DNA of 20,000 nucleotides from Rotaria socialis (Eukaryota): NCBI GenBank assembly GCA_905331295.1, contig CAJNYD010000070.1, positions 61,477 to 81,476 of the forward strand, read 5' to 3'. Shown piece by piece: positions 10,253 to 20,000 of this stretch (position 1 is its first letter; each line of letters starts with the position of its first letter). The notes under the pieces were generated by a model. It saw only the letters and a program-made list of their open reading frames with translations, ran no database searches and was not told where the DNA came from. The position numbers and the translations under genes were made by a program.

Positions 10253-11595
10253 CTAACTAATCAGCAAAGCAATTATAATCGTCGCATGAATAGCAATAGT
10301 AATAATCCTTACTCATCTGGATCCGGTATTGAAGTTCGTTTATTAATGACTTCTCGTGATGCTGGAGCAGTCATTGGTTTGTCTCGATGTGATTGATTTA
10401 TGATTTTAATAGAAGATTTTCTTTCTTTTTCAGGTAAAGGTGGTTTATCAATACAAAAACTTCGTGCTGACCATCCACGTACAACAATTCAAGTACCCGA
10501 TTGTGCATCACCTGAACGTGTATTAATCATAAGTGGCGAACAAGAACAATGTTTTGATGCTTTAGGTCAGATCATTCCATGTTTAATTGATAGTTCTCGT
10601 CTTTCATCATTCAATCGAAGACGCAATACAAATTCTGATCAAGTGCAATCAACTAATAACGATCAAAATGAACAGACAGCATCAGAAATTCGAATGCTTG
10701 TTCATCAAATTTATTGTGGAGCTATTATTGGTAAAGGCGGACAACATGTTAAAGAATTACGACAAACATACACTCTTGATATTAAAGTATTCTCACAATG
10801 TTGTCCCTTAAGTCATGAAAGAGTTATTTCATTACGTGGAAAACCTGAAGATATTATTGAATGTATTAAAGTTAGTATACGAGAAGAAAAAAAGACCAAA
10901 GAGATTTTTAATAAATTAGCGTTTATAATTTTCCTTAGAATATCTACAATTTAATGGTCACATCATCACAACAACCAAGAGGTTCTCCCCTAATTCAATA
11001 CGATCCTCATAATTTTGATATTTATGCTGTGAATGACTATGGTAGGAATCATTTGATCAAATCATATATATATATATATATATACTTTTCTTCTGCTTCT
11101 ATTTTAAGGCGGCTTTCAAGCTCCAGGTGGCGTCGACGTTCGTTCTGGATACAACCCACGAGGCTCTTATCCACAGAATGGATCGCGTGGCGGTATGTAT
11201 CCTATTCAACCTTTACCTCCTCTTGTTGATGTATCCTATGGTGGTGGACCTGGTTTAGGCACTCGCTACTCCAATACCGCTGTGTTCACTTCGACACGTG
11301 TAAGTTTAGTTGTTGTTGTTTTTTTCATCGCTTAACTGGTCTAGTTTTGTTAATTTCATAGGTAACGTTACCGAATGAACTCGTTGGAGCTGTCATCGGA
11401 CCGCGTGGTGCAAAAATTCAACACATACGTCAAACAACAAGTGCAAATATCATTATCGATGATCAAGCTATTCCTAGTGGCAGTGGGGGTGGCAGTGATA
11501 GAATAATAACAATTGAAGGCACACCAGAACAGATTAGTCGTGCACAAGCACTTCTTCAACAAGCTGTTCGTCAATCAGGTCTTTGGCGACCATAA
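10184..11595 (+). CDS. HNRNPK: Heterogeneous nuclear ribonucleoprotein K-like (3 KH domains)
   Basis: Exons 10184-10376, 10434-10870, 10939-11041, 11109-11299 and 11362-11595, all phase-compatible GT-AG. KH motifs are AGAVIGKGG, CGAIIGKGG and VGAVIGPRG. The YDP...DYGGF linker is typical of hnRNP K. Confidence 0.93.
10219..10252 (+). repeat. (AAT)n coding microsatellite, poly-Asn in the hnRNP K N-terminus
   Basis: 11 consecutive Asn codons. Confidence 0.9.
11064..11084. repeat. (TA)n microsatellite in an hnRNP K intron
   Basis: Seen directly. Confidence 0.85.
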
Positions 11596-12284
11596 TTTTT
11601 TTCTTATCGATAATGCGGCATAACACTCATTTACACATATACGTCTATTACGTCTTTTTTTATTTAACTTGCATTGCTTCGCTTTCTTTTTATTTGTTTC
11701 TGTCTGTATTGCTTTTCCTCATTTTGATGATGATTGATGGATGTGTTATTTATCATATATACTTCTTTCTTCTTGTCCCATTCTCTCGTTTTTATATAGA
11801 ACTTCATTAAGATCTGTTTTATTTCTATACTGAAGATAACTAACACAAATGAGATATGCTAGAATGAAAAATTTTAAGATCTTGATTTTGTTTATACCCT
11901 ATATGTTGTAAGACTGATTTATATTGATTTGAACAAAACGAACACCATTCTATGACTCGAAAAGATTGTACTTGTTATCGCTGCATTCCTAATGGAAATT
12001 TCAATTAGAAACAGGTTGTTATATCATGAACGAAAAATTAAAGCAATGACAAAATTTAATCTATTTTTTCTTCACATCAGTATTTCACCTTGAGGATACG
12101 ACTCAAACAAATAGCGGCAGACTTTGTTCTGCACGGTCCAACGAGTTTTGCTTCGTGAAGGAACATATTTATTTGTTGATTGCGGTGCGTTATATTACAG
12201 TTCGTTATTACCGACGTGACGAAAGGAAAGAAAAATAACTGAAAAAGTTCATTTACTCAATCATTGATTGTAGGGGCCATAATA

Positions 12285-13049
12285 ATGCTACCTCATTTGT
12301 TTCAATTGTTCTTCTTATCAGTGATATGCGTCGTGTATTCGTTCGGATGGGATTCTCTATTGAATTTAAAGGATCATGATAATCTATGGTGTTATTCATG
12401 TAAAGGTAGTGGCTGTGAAAAAACAGTTTACGATAATAATGATGATGCAGAGAAAATTGTTTGCAATAAAAAAACACAATTATGTTGGGTAAAAATTATT
12501 GTTGAAAATCATACACAAAAGTTCTTATTTTATTTTCAAAACAGGCTGGTTTTATTGATAATCAACCGTATCGAACATGTGCTAGTCGACATTGTACTCC
12601 AACTGATTTCGCACTTGATAGCCGCATTCGTATCGAAACATGCTGTCGTTCAAATTTGTGTAATTCAGATTTAAGTAAGAAACAAGAATAAAAAAGTAAT
12701 CATTTAAGCATTAAATTTGTTTGTTCTGTTCAACTTTCATCTAGTCACTCCACGTAAATCACACAAGAGAAATTCATCATTTCCTCTTATTCAAACATCT
12801 ACACAAACAATAACAACTAGTAGCGTAGTAAATGATGAAGAATCGCAATTAGCAATTAATAGAGATTTCAATAGTGAAGTTGGAGACAATCAAGCTGCGT
12901 TTCAAGTCAATGTCAATACAAGTGATGCGAAAAGTTTTGATATCGATTGGGACCGCGTACCATATAATACAGACGTCAGTACTCGTGCAGCATCGATAAG
13001 CACTGCTCTACTTATTCTAACGTCTAGTTTATTACTAATCATATTTTAA
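12285..13049 (+). CDS. Ly6/uPAR (three-finger) family protein with Ser/Thr-rich stalk, probably GPI-anchored
   Basis: Exons 12285-12488, 12545-12674 and 12745-13049. A signal peptide is followed by a 10-Cys domain from LWCYSC to CCRSNLCN, and the C-terminus is hydrophobic (ISTALLILTSSLLLIIF) with no cytosolic tail. Confidence 0.85.
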
Positions 13050-13072
13050 CTTCTAAAAATTGATGTTCTAAT

Positions 13073-15813
13073 CTATTCAAATTCTTCATCTTCATGTGGC
13101 GATAAAAGTACAGCTGATTTAAATAGTTCATTGTCTTCTTCTTCTATTGTTGGATCATTCGTTTCTATCACTTGTAAATCATATTCTTTTTCTGGTAATA
13201 TATTAATCATATTTGCTTGATGACTTTCAAGAAAATTTTTTACACCCCATCCAATATAAATATTTTTAAAACGATGGCGGTCACCAACAGTAAAAGCACC
13301 TTGAAAAATAATAAAAAACAACAACAACGTAGCTAATGCCTTGAATTAAAACTATCGAATTCATCATTCTCACGGGGAAAACGTCACAATTTTAGAATCT
13401 AACCGTGTGTATCCAGGCGCGTGGGCAAAAGTTTTAGTACGATAATTATCTAAAGTACATTATGATAAAATTTCCTTAGATATAGCAAATTTTTCATTTC
13501 CTTCAGACTGAAAAAGACGTCACTCGACTATATAATTTCCATATGAAAAATACAAACCTGGCCAACGATTTGATCGAGCATAAACTAAACTATGTTCAGG
13601 AACAAGCCTAGAAGCCAACCCAATAGACCATGCAGGATATAAACCGTGAACAGCACTATCTTCGTTCACAGGCGATAATAAATTGGGACTGTGTTCAGCA
13701 GGAATTGTTCGTATTGCAGCTGTTTAGTATCGATGACTTTCATTAAATTTTTTAGATATAAAAAATTTGTAAACTTACGATTAAAATGTACATTACGACC
13801 TTGTTCATAAATATATGCAACATCTAAGCAAAAAAATATTTTTGTTAAGAAAATTGTTTTTTTTTTCGTTCCTACAATGAACCCAATATTGACCATGAGG
13901 TAAAACAAGATCTTCAAGTCGATTTCCTTCGAATTCAGTATTGATATCGAATTTTATTTGATGTGCTGAAATAATAATAAAAAAACAATTGGAGAATGTC
14001 ACTCTATTCTATCTATCATACAATCTATTATTTCTTCATCGATCTCTTCTTCGTCATCGATTGAAATTTTAAAATAATGTTTTGGTCCTATCTGAGTACC
14101 AGCAGTAATTCGTTGAATTTGAGCGCGTAATAAATGTTTTTCAACACCTGGAAAATGCAATTCGAATAGAATAGGTGCGTCAAGGTCACCGGTGAAAAAT
14201 TGTTGAATTCTACGCGATAATTCAATTTGTTGTGGTGTTACCATAGGTAATTGTATAAAAGTTTGATCAACTAAATGGGTGTTTAGAAAAAATAGAATGT
14301 TGTTCAGGATTTGTCTTACTTCCTGTAGAAACATAAAAGACTTTTTGATTAACACCATCACCAATTGGTTCCGGTGGTATTTTCTCTTCTTCAGATGAAG
14401 ACATGTCTTGATATTTAATAAATTCCGAATCAGTTAGATCGACATCATCAAATGTATCAAAATCAGCTTCGACAATATAATAATTATTTTTTATACCGAA
14501 AATCTTGCCCCAAAAGCGTAATTTTTGAATATTAGGTTTGTCGTTTAATAATGCTTTCATTAAAACCCATATCCTTCACAAGCGGAAATTTCGATAAAAA
14601 AATGTCATTAAAATTAGAAGATATTTTTATACCAATAAATTTCATCTTTATTCAAACCAACACCAACTTGTTCGAATAGGAAGTCTAGTTCTAAAATATT
14701 TGTCATTGTTTCTTCGGGATTAGTTTGAATAGTTGAAGGATTCTAAAGAAAAAAATATAAACGGAACTAAAAATATAAGAGAAATCATTCTATTATTGAT
14801 ACTGAAAGTAGCTGCAGTTGCCTTTGAATAAATAAATTGGATTCTTTTATATTATCCATTGTTAATTCAGTGCCCTTTTCAAATGATGTGTTTGCAACAA
14901 GACGTTCAAATAATTGATATGGTTCTTGTGGATGAAAATTAAAAAGATAATGAAGTATGTCTGTTAATTGTTTATGGATATTAACACCCATTAAAGTTTT
15001 AGAATCAGAAAATTCTTTTAACGTATCTGATTGAATTGTCGATGTTTCTATTCTTTATAGAAATGCTTGCTATTTATTGTTTCTTTTCACTAATTCTTAC
15101 CCAAATCAATGAATAACTCTGGATGCCACACTACTTTACAGGTCAATGACAGTTTATTTTCCATTATTGATGAATAGATATTTTCGTAGGATAAATGTGT
15201 TACATCTTGTCCATTTAAAGTAATTAAACGGTCGCCATCGCGAACGTTTTTATCATACCAAATGCCAGCTGGATTGACATTTTTAAATAGATAAGCAAAA
15301 ACTTCTGTATTGTTAGTGATCAATTGAATTTTGTAACATATCAATGTCACATCCGGATTTTGAAATTCATCTACTGGATCATAATTATAAAATTTCTTTT
15401 CTATTCAAATTATGTACTGACTTGGATCAATAGTGATTTCTTTTTGAATTTGATTTAATGGTAATCGCAGTAGATTAGTGGTTTTTAACTTTACAAATAC
15501 ATCTACAGCAGTTCTATTGGAAAAAAAATGTTCTAATATTTCAACAAGTTTTACTTTTAAATTCCATTGATTACAATAGTCTTGATATGATGCTGATAAC
15601 AAGGAAAGATCGAATAGCTATTTGTTAAATGAAAAACATTTCATTATTGTAGATAAGTGGCGCAAATATTTTTCTTTCGTGTCTTAAATTGTTTTATTGA
15701 AATAAGTGGATCATCGATATGCGCATTGATATAATCGTAGTTTTTGTTTATGAATTTCTCACATAGGGCCGTTTTAGTTTTTGAGATGAAACCAGTGTTT
15801 TGTTTTCACTATT
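13073..15813 (-). CDS. RSPH4A: Radial spoke head protein 4/6 homolog with an N-terminal PDZ-like extension (5' end uncertain)
   Basis: RSPH exons 15047-14803, 14742-14633, 14573-14320, 14270-14022, 13965-13876, 13823-13779, 13719-13558 and 13299-13073, with motifs FEQVGVGL, LRFWGKIFG, FFTGDLDAPI, LRAQIQRITAGT, RSNRWPGAF and FKNIYIGWG. Upstream phase-compatible exons: 15370-15101 (PDZ-like), 15617-15422 and 15813-15763. The start codon was not resolved, and RSPH4A vs RSPH6A cannot be distinguished. Confidence 0.85.
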
Positions 15814-16195
15814 CTAAAGATTTGGATCATTCTGGAAATTCTCCATTATGAAACTGGTACAATAATGCTTGCCTTTCAAGTCTACTTACAATATAGGATA
15901 CGAAAGTAGATTCACATGAACAAAATCAACGCGAGCTGAGACAATCAATTAAACGGTTTTACTTTCAAAAACAGTTTAACAATATTTTGAACCGCAATTT
16001 GCCCGTCGCCGTATTTTTGAATAGAAAATGAATCGGTTAAATAAATTTGATATCAGTATAATATATTTAGCATGAAACTTTTATGGGAATAAAGGCAGCG
16101 TTGCTATCATCTCCAATGAGAGATTAAACGCTATAAGATTTTCTTCTTATGCTAAGATAACCTCACGCTAGAGAAAAGCATATATGCGCCTTGAA

Positions 16196-16212
16196 CACCC
16201 ACACCCACACCC
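16196..16212. repeat. Interstitial telomere-like tract (CCCACA)n, unpaired
   Basis: cacccacacccacaccc followed by gcgggg. Confidence 0.65.
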
Positions 16213-16781
16213 GCGGGGATTCCCAAGAGACCCATTGAACTTCATAGGGCTCCAAATATTTCTGAAGTTCAATAGAAAGTTGTATATTTTCTTCACCATG
16301 TATTAGAAGTTGAGTACTAGGCTGAGGTCTAGTAAGTACACAATTAATTAATATGTACTCAACTGGTAATAGATAGAGATAAAAAAATGTAATATTTCAT
16401 TTTTTAGGACTGCAAGGGATTGGAGTCCGTTGTTTCCTCCTCGCTGGCATCTCGTTGGTATATCTACGGCATTCAAACCAAATTTATTCATGTAGGAAAT
16501 AAATTTATGAAAAAAGTGAAAAAAAATTGTAATGGTAGTACTCAATAGGTACCTTCACTGTCTCAAATACGTAGATATGGGTATATTGAAGGTTTGTGTG
16601 TGTATGTGAAGGTAAAGATAGTTATGAGTTTGACTCAGTCGACAAACGAATACTACACTGCACACCAACCCATATATGCATCTTCACCCTTATCGCATCT
16701 TCTTTTTCGACTCGCTGTTGATTTACAATGGCACATATTACGTTTTTCGTAGCAAAAATTCATTTTAACTTTAAATTTACG

Positions 16782-18258
16782 ATGGTTTATTTGCCTCTAG
16801 CTAGGAAGAGGTTGACTATTGTTTCTTATTACAGGAAAAAACCAAGAACCTAAATGATATTCAAGCAGCATATGAAAACGAAAGTTTCCAACTAGAAAAA
16901 GAAAAATATGGTTAAGCGAAAGTTTTAACGGATATATAAAAGACACATCGCTTCATTTTAACTACAGAAATCTTTAACGTAATAAAACTTATGTAGGAAT
17001 GGCATATTCACAAATAACAGAGGAAGTGCAATTGAAAAGAATTGATGATAGCTTTGTAGATATTAGTCTCAGCGATGATGGATCACAACTAATAGATTAC
17101 TTTTCTCTTGATGATGTGACACAAGCCGCAATTGATACATTACAAAATAGTATAAAGGGTACTGAACTTGAAAATGATCGTGAAACACAATTGTTAATTC
17201 AATTAATTGCCGGTTCAATAAATTATTCTTCAAAATCTGTTGTCAATCGTATTAAAAGACTTCGAGAAATATTACTTATTGGCAAAGAAATAATCCAAGA
17301 AATTAAAAAAGATCGAGAGGAATATGTGAAAATGGATTGTACGTTCCGATCACTGATTGAAATTTTGTTTAATTTAATTAAAAAATGTAAAAATGACCTT
17401 TGTTCAAAATTAACTACTTTAGAATTGGCGAAGGGTGAATTAAATGTTATAATTGATGTATTATATCCCGAAACTCGAACGATGTCGACAAGCGCCCAAC
17501 CATTGAAGTTACTTTCAACAGAAGATCGTCATGACATGCTACTATCAGTAAGCACATTGAAAGAAACTTTTCAGGATATTATTGGTGAAGCAACTACTCA
17601 TATTAAAGAATGCCAAGTATTGAAAGAGAATGTAAACAGTTTTCAATATCAGCAGGTTCAACCAGTACAACAGCGAGTGAGTAAGCGTCTGCGGTTTTGG
17701 AAAACGCATATACGGCACATCGCTGGAGGAGGTGTAGCTGGAGCCGCTGTTGGTGGTGGTGTTGGTGGCGGATTAATTGGCCTTCCGATAGCAGGTGCGG
17801 TAGGTGCTGTTGTTATTGCTGGCGTTTCTTTTCCGCCGGTAGCAGTAGCTATGGTGTGTTTGGTAGGTGGTGCAGTTGCTGTTGGAGGTTTAACAATAGC
17901 AATTCTCCGATGGATGAAAAACTCATACTTAAAAGAACAAAAGAAGATTTTCGATTGGTTAAATAAATTATTGGAGCAAGTTAATGAACTATCGTTAGAT
18001 ACTGAGACTCTAGAAAGAAGTATGGTGAAATCGAAACAGGGTTTGGTTGATGTTGGAAATAGCTTAAGTGCTCTAATGAATGCATTATCAAGTGAGAGAC
18101 ATCGAGAGGCGCATTCAAAACTTTGTCAACAAGCTGTCAAAAATTGCCAAGAAGTGATCGATAGTATTAAAGAATTAGAACTCATGGATTTTGATTATGA
18201 GTGGAACGAAGAAAAAAGACTTTGTTTTAGACAAGGGCATGCATTACCGTTGGAATAA
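16782..18258 (+). CDS. Uncharacterised alpha-helical/coiled-coil protein with a ~60-aa Gly-rich hydrophobic hairpin
   Basis: The 419-aa ORF 16999-18258 is secure. A probable in-frame 5' extension runs via ATG 16782-16784, exon 16835-16910 and acceptor 16996. The hydrophobic GxxxG segment is encoded at ~17719-17907. Confidence 0.8.
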
Positions 18259-18591
18259 CAAACTTTGAATTAAATTTATCTTGTTATCATTCATTTCTTA
18301 TATATTTTTGTAATATGCTTCAAGTAAAACCAGACCAACCTATCTCTTCACACAGAAGCGATCTACGAATGATGCGCACCGTGAAAGTTGCGCACTTGAT
18401 GATACACACGAGTGAGTTGTACATGGATACTTTGAGCACGAAATAAAAAATTCCCATTTATATGCTAAAAATCTATAAAGCTTTACAGAATAAGCAATAA
18501 TAACAACCAATTTTATTTTTTTTGTCAAAATCATAAATACAAAAATTAACAGAGTTAGTAAAGCACGAAAAAGTGTATGTGTGAGAGTCGA

Positions 18592-18643
18592 GGTATGGGT
18601 GTGAGTTGCTTATCATTTAATACAAACACCCACACCCACACCC
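18592..18643. repeat. Head-to-head telomere-like hairpin element
   Basis: CGA|ggtatgggtgtgag...(acaccc)3|TGA. Confidence 0.75.
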
Positions 18644-18687
18644 TGAATCGATCTTATACTACTCGTAAGTTTATTTTTTTTCTAATT

Positions 18688-18954
18688 CCCAGGTGAATCA
18701 ATGTCGGATCCGACACTCGTATTTCCAATCATATCCGATTGTCGGAACCAATGAGATCCGAAGCATTCCGGTTCCGATTGACGGTTGATGTCGGATTTTA
18801 TCAGTTTCCGATACTAGGATCCGATATCGATTCCGGAACCAGGAATCCGACAATAATCCGATAGTTTCCTTGCGCCTTCCGAAGAGCTCCGTCGGATTCC
18901 AATAGGAACCGATCGGAACTCATCGGATCCTAGGCTAGGATACATTCTCCTGGG
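18688..18954. mobile_element. CCCAGG-ended MITE (CMC/EnSpm-like), 267 bp
   Basis: TT|CCCAGGTGAAT ... ATTCTCCTGGG|TT: 11-bp TIR with 1 mismatch, a 2-bp TT duplication, and dense internal TCGGA/TCCGA motifs. Confidence 0.85.
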
Positions 18955-19119
18955 TTCAATTTGTAAAATAGTTTTTCTGTTTTAATTTAGATGATTGTTT
19001 ATGTTTTTAGATTTCCAATTACTATTACAATTTTTTTAAATTCAACATTCAATAGGTGGTTTGATCTTATTTGTTTTGCTGGTTTTCTTTTGGCTGTGTT
19101 TGATTACGTGTTACATTAA

Positions 19120-19176
19120 GGGTGTGGGTGTGGGTGTGCTATCTTTAACTCAGCCTACACCCACACCCACACACCC
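19120..19176. repeat. Head-to-head telomere-like hairpin element (best-preserved copy)
   Basis: TAA|(gggtgt)3 g ctatctttaactcagcct acacccacacccacacaccc|TTA. Confidence 0.85.
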
Positions 19177-19210
19177 TTATGATACTTGACGTCTCTTATT
19201 GATTCTTGTA

Positions 19211-20000
19211 TTAGAGATCTGAGCTGCGTAAACCCCAGAGTTTAATTATCCATTTGTTTGCGATTTCATTGAAGTGGCACGATGTTACCTTAGCAGGAAA
19301 ACCATCGAAAATCAAAAGTTCTTGTTCATCCGGATAATTTGAATATGGAGACATATCCAGAGAGCCGGTATCTTTTTCGAGGTCAATGACAAAAAGAACG
19401 TTGCTGCCAAAGAATTCGGCCACGCTCGGATTAAGAGTCGTTGAGGTAAACGCCGGTAATTGAATTTTTCTTTCAGAGACAACGCATAGTCGAAATTGTT
19501 CAATTTGTTCGTTAGTCATCGTTGCTCCTCGATATACTATCATATTAGTGGGAGTAAAATTCATAGCTGAATTCAATAGTACAGCAAATGGACCCAATGT
19601 GGGAACTCTGCTTTTCCATAGAGTTTCGAAAGCGAAATCGCCTTGCAAACGCATCGTCTCATTTAATTTACGATACAAGAAAGAGCCCATACAATAGAGC
19701 TTCACACATAATTGTTCTACCTGTTGTTTGCTTCCATTTTTCTGTTCGAGGAGCCGTTTGGCCATCCATTCACCTTCTCGTTGCTTCCCCACCTTTTTCG
19801 CCTCGATTATAAATCCTTCCGCTGCCTTTTCTATCCACATCTCAAGCACTGACTGACAAGTGATACCTTTCTCCCAACGAACGCCGTAATGAGAACAAGC
19901 TTCTTGAACAAAATCAGGAGTTGTTGGTTCAATTTGCCAGTTTATGAAACTGTTCGAAGGCAAAACTGAATCTTCCAAGAAACGTTCCGCTCTTACTCGT
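19211..20000 (-). CDS. Mono-ADP-ribosyltransferase (R-S-E / ART family), 5' truncated by the window edge
   Basis: Motifs LY..SFLYRKLN, IVYRG (R), FTSTT (S-T-S) and YPDEQELLI (E-x-E). The frame is open to position 20000 and there is no intron in view. Confidence 0.9.
   Translation of the reverse strand, partial: RVRAERFLEDSVLPSNSFINWQIEPTTPDFVQEACSHYGVRWEKGITCQSVLEMWIEKAAEGFIIEAKKVGKQREGEWMAKRLLEQKNGSKQQVEQLCVKLYCMGSFLYRKLNETMRLQGDFAFETLWKSRVPTLGPFAVLLNSAMNFTPTNMIVYRGATMTNEQIEQFRLCVVSERKIQLPAFTSTTLNPSVAEFFGSNVLFVIDLEKDTGSLDMSPYSNYPDEQELLIFDGFPAKVTSCHFNEIANKWIIKLWGLRSSDL

Noticed and set aside
11368..11846. Short ORFs antisense to or downstream of hnRNP K
   Set aside because: They are shadow ORFs of exon 5 and of the T-rich 3' UTR.
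15405..15407. In-frame TGA upstream of the PDZ-like exon as a disabling or selenocysteine codon
   Set aside because: It falls inside a plausible 51-nt intron (15421-15371) that preserves the frame.
17697..17966. Cys/Trp-rich 89-aa overlapping ORF
   Set aside because: It is an off-frame reading of the GGT/GCT/GTT codons of the Gly-rich segment and has a non-ATG start.

Overview
AT-rich (~30% GC by eye) eukaryotic scaffold with mostly 45-75 nt GT-AG introns and one 100-N gap (2158-2257). The gene content, intron size, an ART-family gene and (TGTGGG)n tracts suggest a bdelloid rotifer; this is an inference. From left to right: a disabled NRBP homolog (3' part), several non-autonomous DNA-transposon (MITE) copies, a Patj/MPDZ-like two-PDZ gene with an in-frame stop, a possible spliced 43-aa micropeptide gene, an FkbM-type methyltransferase with a signal anchor, hnRNP K, a GPI-type Ly6/uPAR protein, a radial-spoke-head 4/6 gene apparently fused to a PDZ-like domain, a helical protein with a long Gly-rich hydrophobic hairpin, and an R-S-E ADP-ribosyltransferase running off the right edge. 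The most unusual signal is a dispersed family of about 35-100 bp elements built from head-to-head GGGTGT/ACACCC telomere-like repeats. All protein family calls come from motif recognition, not database searches.
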